Shown here piece after piece: positions 57,977 through 64,000 of a stretch of 64,000 nucleotides of DNA. Source of the stretch: the human T2T-CHM13v2.0 reference genome, Homo sapiens. The DNA lies in the NCBI RefSeq assembly GCF_009914755.1, contig NC_060926.1. One strand, given 5' to 3'. The notes below the pieces were generated by a model. The model was given only the letters and a program-made list of their open reading frames with translations. It did not search any database and was not told the origin of the DNA. Both the position numbers and the translations under genes were made by a program. The first letter of the stretch is position 1, and each line of letters starts with the position of its first letter.

Positions 57977-59659
57977 ACTAAAATGAAATGTGCCAACATT
58001 TAGAACTTCATGACTCAGTGAACCAATACTTTCCAAATGACTAATGAATGTTGCTACAAAGGTATGCATAGATAAAAGATCCAAAATGCAAAATAAACTC
58101 ATAGATTTGGATGTAGCACAGTATAAACAGTTTATCAATATGGTTTCAGGTTCTACTTTGCAACTAACCTCTAAGAAACTACTGGCACCTGTTGAATTTT
58201 AGCATGATATTAAAGAAATAATCCACAATTACCTAGAAAGGATATTAACTTACTCTTCCCTGTTCTGACTGTGTATCTTTGTGAAGTCACCTTTTCTTCA
58301 TATTCTGCAACCAAGTCAATATATTACAAAAGGGTGAATGCAGAAGCAAATACGAGAATCCAGCTATCTTCTATTAAGCTACAGGTTAATGAGATTTGCA
58401 AAAATAAAAAGCAATTTCACTATTCCTACTAAACTGTTTCCTTTTCTAGAAATATACTTTTATAAATGTATATTATGTTAACAGAGTGTAGCTTTATTAT
58501 TTTAAAATGAATTAATAAATATTTTTAAATTTTCTTAAATTTAAACCTAAGTATAGCAAATAGTGATAGATGCCACACATGAAAAAGTTCTTATCCTCAA
58601 TAATTTTTTAAAGTATATGGGAGTCTTGATGATGAAAAGTTTGAGAACCACTGGCATTGTGGTCAGGTATATTTTCTCCTGCTTCTCCTAGGTTTCTTAC
58701 ACTCTCCTGTTTAGCGGGGCCTGAATAAGGGAAAGGATTTATTCCTTATTTAACTTGCTCTGGTGCAGTCCTTCTTTATTGTTTCTCCCTCTTTCTCTGA
58801 CTAACACTGGTCATTCTTTAACAGTTTCTGTGTAGCAGGTATGCTCGTTCCCTCTTGGAGTGCCTGGTTGATTTTAGTTTGAAGAATGCAGGATACACAA
58901 TGTTAAGAACCAAGGAAAATACTCTTTCCACTTCTCTTTCTTTGGAGGCACATGGCCTCTCCGATCTGTTTATTTGTGCTTGTGCACATGTCTGTCCTGC
59001 CTGTCTCTTTCTTCTTCTGCTTTATCTACGTTTGGCCCAAACCTGGCTACTCCTCTTTATCTTTATAAATGTGGTCTCTTTAAACCATAATTTCCAATTT
59101 TAACTCCCACCCTTGACTATATCCTATATACTGTTTCTTTTGAGGTCTCCTTGCCCAGAAGAACAGCCTCTTGGAAGAGTTAATAGCTAGCTGGCTGAAG
59201 CCTAACTAAATGCTCCGGTCCACTTGACTCTGGATACACACATGTTCCCTTGCATGGAAGTTGATGTATGTGCCAACAGCTCCACTGCTTCCCAAAACCA
59301 GGAATAACCAAAGTTCTTTCTTTCTTTCTTTCTTTATTTACTTTTTCCCCTGAAGCTGTTCTCAATCTCTTAGGTGATTCTTTGAGAGCCCCCCATCCTT
59401 CCCCACCCCACACCACCCTATACTGGGGGACATAAACCCATATGGAACAGGAGTTGTTAAGAAGGATAGTCATCCTTCTTACCTGTGTTATTCAAGGGGC
59501 ACTTTGGTTTAAGCAAGAATGGGATAAGAATTTGGGGGGGAAAGTAGTAATTTAAAGCAATACCATTATTATGGGAAGGAGCTATGGGAGTTGAGAAGAA
59601 CATGGTTGTTTGTAAAGGGACTAAGACTCTCCACAGGAGATGAAGTATTTTAATTGGTG

Positions 59660-59848
59660 GTGCCATCAGCATAAATATGTGTAGAATTCCAAGTGAGGGA
59701 CATACAGTGAGATGTGTCTGACCTCCTGCTTCCCGTCATGGTCTGAACTTTTTCAGATTTTTATTTCTTTAGAGGAGGGATTCCTCTTGGCTAAGAGGGG
59801 GTCCATTCAATCTGTTGAGGAGCTTAAGATTTTATTTTTCATTTTATA
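59660..59848 (-). mobile_element. MER4-type LTR, U3 start of the proviral 3' LTR (remainder not recognisable)
   Basis: Reverse complement of the MER4 5' end: CTTGGCTAAGAGGGGGTCCATTCA..CTTAAGATTTTATTTTT; purine-rich PPT-like tract adjacent on the minus strand (59849-59860). Confidence 0.8.
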
Positions 59849-62800
59849 TTCCAACTCCCCATTGATACTGCTTCTAGCTAAGCTTTTATTTTGTCCCATA
59901 TCAATACTGGGGTGGTATGCTGCCTGCTCCAGTTTCATCATGTTCCTCATTGGGACCCCTATGGCTAAGGAACTTAGAGTTAAAATACTTACAGCCAATT
60001 AAATGTTTTAGGCCAGACAAGAATGGAGGTGGGCAGACACTTAATAACCCAAATTGTCCCTTATAATCATATGTGATAAACCCTGGGCCTGGAGAAATTG
60101 AATAGTTTTAAATTCTGCAGGTAAAATAAAGAATTAACAACACTTCAAACAAAAATATCATATGCCTTGCCTAGTTTTGAGAATGACAGGAAAGGATGCT
60201 CACAGGTAGCTAAACATTTAAATTATTTACTATCAAGCACAGAATAAATTATATTAATTCAGATAGAGGCAAAACTATTAAGTGAATACAAGCTTGTTGT
60301 GTTTCATGAAAGCAGTTTACTTTGATTGTTCCCTTTGCCTGGGTCTAAAGATGAGGCTTTGGTTAACTTGAGTTTGTTATCAAATACTGGCAGGAGTTGG
60401 TGTCTCCTCTAGATGAGATATGTGTACCCAGGAATCAAAGCCCTGTAATTTAACAGCACCAGGATTAGTAATAGCACCTGATAAAGGCTTATTCAAAGGG
60501 CTGGAGGCTAGAGGTGGTAATACTTGAGTCCGCGACCTGACTGGAAGCTGTAAAAATATTTTACAATTTTTAGTGATTAATTTTTATGGCTTTGATAAAC
60601 CTCAGCAACAATCCAGAGACTTAAACTAGAATTTGATTATGAGGGTACTTTAACACGTTAAAAGGCCCAAAATATTTGATTGATATGGAACCACAGGTTA
60701 TTGTAAACAATAGTTACTTATTTATCCAAAGTGATAATGCCCTATACGGTGTGATTACCTCTCTTCATGGGAGGCACACTTAAATAACCTGGAAGGCAAA
60801 TTTAATGAAGAGAAAAATAATACTTACAGTACCCAAATTTAATCAGACATGAGAAATGTGTATTCAAGATTATGAGTATAGCAGGGGAACATAAAAAGTT
60901 TTCTGGTTTCTCTGAAAATTTTGACACATCAGGAAAAACCAAGAGTATGGAATTATTATAGTGGAGGTACACATTGTTTTTATAGACCTCCAAGATAAAA
61001 TATTACAGCATTAGGGCCTAATAGTTAAAACCAGAGGAAGAAAAGTTACAGGAGGTGATAGAAAAGCTGAAAAAGAGATGTCATCTCAGATCTTCTCAAG
61101 TGCAGAAAGAGCTGAAAGCAGCAAGACCTAACAGTTGAATTTCTGAGATAGGAATCTGAGTTTTCAAAAGATACAGGTTGTAGAATTGAAAACTAAAATT
61201 TCTCTATAATTTCATTAAGAGCAAATCAGTACCTCAAGAAAATATTGTTTTAACATAGGGAAACATTCTTTAGAAAGACTATTATAAATAATCCCCTTTT
61301 AATTACAGCTAACTTAATCACACACAAAATTCCTTTTATATATTCCCCTGTGTGAATCTTACCATGAATTATATAGACCATCTATGACATGCTTTGACTT
61401 TCTGACTTGTCCTATGCTCTTTCTTAAATAACCATTCTAATCTATGACCAGAATTTACCATACAAGATCTTTTCTCACATAAAATTACTCTTTTTTCTTA
61501 TAATCGTCCTCATCAAAAATACGTCTTCACATCCATAACTTTCTTTACCTATCTCTTTCTTGCTTACTGGCTCCTTTTTACCCAGTTTCATAAATAATAT
61601 TTTGAAGTCCATAATTTGAATAAACTTTTTGATAACTTTTGAATTAGACAAAATTATTCTTTTTCTCAATAAGAACACATTTTTTCGGCACATTTTATAT
61701 AAACCTAGGAAGGCAGAATTCCTGAATTGCCCACAGATACTAGCATTTTATAGATGAGATTCATTCCATAGTTCCTAAAAACATGTATCCCCACATAATA
61801 ACCCTTTCTTGTGGTAAAAGACACAGACATCCAATAAGCATCCAAAGTGATTTTAAGGTTTTTAAATTAAACCAGAAATTCACTTTATAATGAGCTTTAA
61901 TCTCATTATATTTACTTAATAATCATTATTATGTTTTAATAGTTTATTGAAATTTCTTATGAAAACTGTGATATTAGACAAAGCTAGATATCATTTAAAG
62001 TGATTTCCTGGCTAATCATTTTTAAGGTCTGAACATTAGATAAACACCTAAATAAGAATCAAAATTGAACACACAGGCATTTTGTTGATAACTCAGATGA
62101 TCTGATATTTTCATTGAACCAACAATCTTATATTGGTCTTTATATAATTCTGAAGACATTTCTACTCTTATCAATAATTTTAAAACCAGCTTTATCTACC
62201 ACAGATTTATGTGAAATTGAAAAGCATTTGGACTTGCTTAATTTATGAGTACTCATTTATTTATAATCCAACTGGATATCATGGTAGGTGCAACACATAG
62301 CATGATACATGTAAATACACATAAACATATCTAAACACATATACACATACATAAAAAGAGCCAGTAACTTTTACCTCAAAATTCTAGTCATAAGATGGCA
62401 ATATAAATTCACCCTTTTGTAGAAGTTAGCTGGATTTAAATTATTTCTGACAAGATTGACAGCTGTCTACATGGTTAAAATTTGTTTGCTCTGATAGGTA
62501 ATCCAAGGAAAGATGTAGATTATAATTTGGTTAAAGTAGTCTTTATGGCAGTTTGATTTTAAAAAAATCCCTTTTATTTCTCTTTTACTCTTCAGTTTCA
62601 GAAGAGGAGGAGATTATTATAAACGGAAGGAAGAAAAGAGAAGGAGAGAAAGGAGGGGGGTTAAAGGGATAAAGTGTAACTTTCCCTTTGTTTCTTTAAG
62701 AGGGAGAAATAGAGAGAGCCACTCTAACCTGAATAAGAGGCCCCTGGGTGGGACTTTAACCCACAGTTCTGCATGAACAAGACCAATAGAGGTAGAATAG

Positions 62801-63969
62801 GAAAGAGAAAGGAAGGTAGGGAAAAGGGGATCCTATAGCAGCAAATGTGAATGAGGAAAGAGAGGTAAGGGGTAAAGAGCATTGCTCAAGGGGTACATTT
62901 GATGGCTCCAAGCTGCCAGAGAACTCACCCAGCAGTGGAGACACCAAAGAAAGTGTTCACATCACCACTTGTCTGCTGCTGCAGGAAGTCATCTGTCAAG
63001 TCAGGGCTCCAGGACCCCAGAAAAATGGGCTTGAGCAAGGAAGCTCATTTGGGGCTTTCAGTTTAAGCAGAGGGAGAAACAGAGACAAGAGACCTGTAGC
63101 TAGCCATTGCAGAAAAAAAGGAAGTTCTGACTTTAGGACAGACTAGAAGAGGTTGCTGAAGAGGGTGGAATAAGAAAACTAACAAAGAACAAAAGGTGGT
63201 TCAGTCTCTAATAAGAACAAAATACATTTGAGACTGACTGCTGATGTAATCACCCTACCCAAATCCAGGATCCCCCACAAATCAATTTATGCCAAATGCC
63301 ACAAGATACAGAGCATCCAGGAGTCATCCAATGAGGGTCCCCACAACAACTATCAAAAATGCTGGAGCATCTGGGGGTGGCCAATAGTGAACCCTAAAGG
63401 CACACAACTGGGAGCATAGAACAGTGTGACTCTGGCATCTCAGAGTCAGAACAATGGGAGACATCTCAAAATAACGAATAACTCAAAACAAACAAGAGAA
63501 GTGTCCACCCTTACACAGAATATAAAAACAAAAGCCCAGTATCTAAAGCAAAGACTGCAAATGCAATAACAAAATAAGCATAAGCATGCATTTATGCACT
63601 AAGAGTGGAAAAGGAAAATGGCTGATCGTTGTAAACTAAAGAGAAAACATCTGAGAGAAAGGGAAGCGAGGCAGATTACAAAGGATATGGCCAGTCAGGT
63701 GTGCTGCCATCCCAGGAACCCAGATGATGTGAAACAATGAACTGATTACCAGGCCAGAGGATCATTCCTATTTCCTAGTTCACCTGAAAAGGTAAAGGGG
63801 GAAGAAAAGAGTAAAAGAGAAAGTAAATCAGTTAAAGGAGAGAGGGTGACACCAATGGGGAACAAAGGGAACACTCACCTGTCTGTGGAAGCCAAATGAT
63901 TTGAATTTGGAGTCTGGTTGAGGGTCTCACTCAGGTCCCTGTAGCTTGTTAGCCCCTTCATGGTCATCA
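59849..63969 (-). mobile_element. MER4-group ERV1 internal region, non-coding (non-autonomous)
   Basis: GGGACCCCTATGGC..CTTACAGCCAATTAAA..TAGGCCAGA..GAATGGAGGTGGGCAG 3' block typical of MER4-group internals; AT-rich, no gag/pol/env ORF; leader with splice donor and PBS at the right end. Confidence 0.8.
63952..63969 (-). other. Degenerate retroviral primer-binding site (tRNA-Arg type)
   Basis: Minus strand TGATGACCATGAAGGGGC matches TGGCGACCACGAAGGGAC at 14/18 (two CpG transitions), directly after a putative LTR-terminal CA. Confidence 0.6.
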
Positions 63970-64000
63970 TGAAGTTATCCCAAACCCTAGAATTGGGGCT

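Larger units (their letters stand above)
55835..58653 (+). mobile_element. Charlie1a-like hAT DNA transposon with decayed transposase, split by two LTRs
   Basis: 5' CCCTGGGGG.CCC..GAGGTCAAAAC; transposase relics AAACTGCTGGTGCCTTAGCAC and YLCEVTFSSY..TK..RVNAEANTRIQLSSIK (hAT dimerisation domain, ~58270-58380); 3' TIR AAGTTTGAGAACCACTG. Confidence 0.88.

Noticed and set aside
59849-63950. Possible retroviral gag/pol/env genes
   Set aside because: No ORF of 100 aa or more and no retroviral protein motifs in the ORF track

Overview
AT-rich primate genomic DNA, very probably human: it carries an AluYd8-type insertion, a subfamily I recall as human-specific. I can support no protein-coding exon, CpG island, tRNA/rRNA or CRISPR array, so the window reads as intergenic or deep intronic, and I cannot name the locus. 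The supplied ORFs are chance frames, many in Alu or simple repeats. Much of the window is transposon-derived: 14 Alus or Alu fragments, MIR/L2 relics, old L1s, several ERV1/ERVL/MaLR solo LTRs, a Charlie1-type hAT element split by two LTRs, MER58, and a non-coding MER4-group provirus running off the right end. The most notable items are a BC200 (BCYRN1) retrocopy, two MADE1/Hsmar1 MITEs about 1 kb apart (one a near-intact miR-548-type hairpin with two perfect SETMAR sites), a three-arm chimeric Alu, and a few unexplained inverted repeats, motif clusters and candidate non-coding exons. I found no convincing new biological system. Subfamily names come from recalled consensus sequences, not a search, and boundaries of old repeats are approximate.
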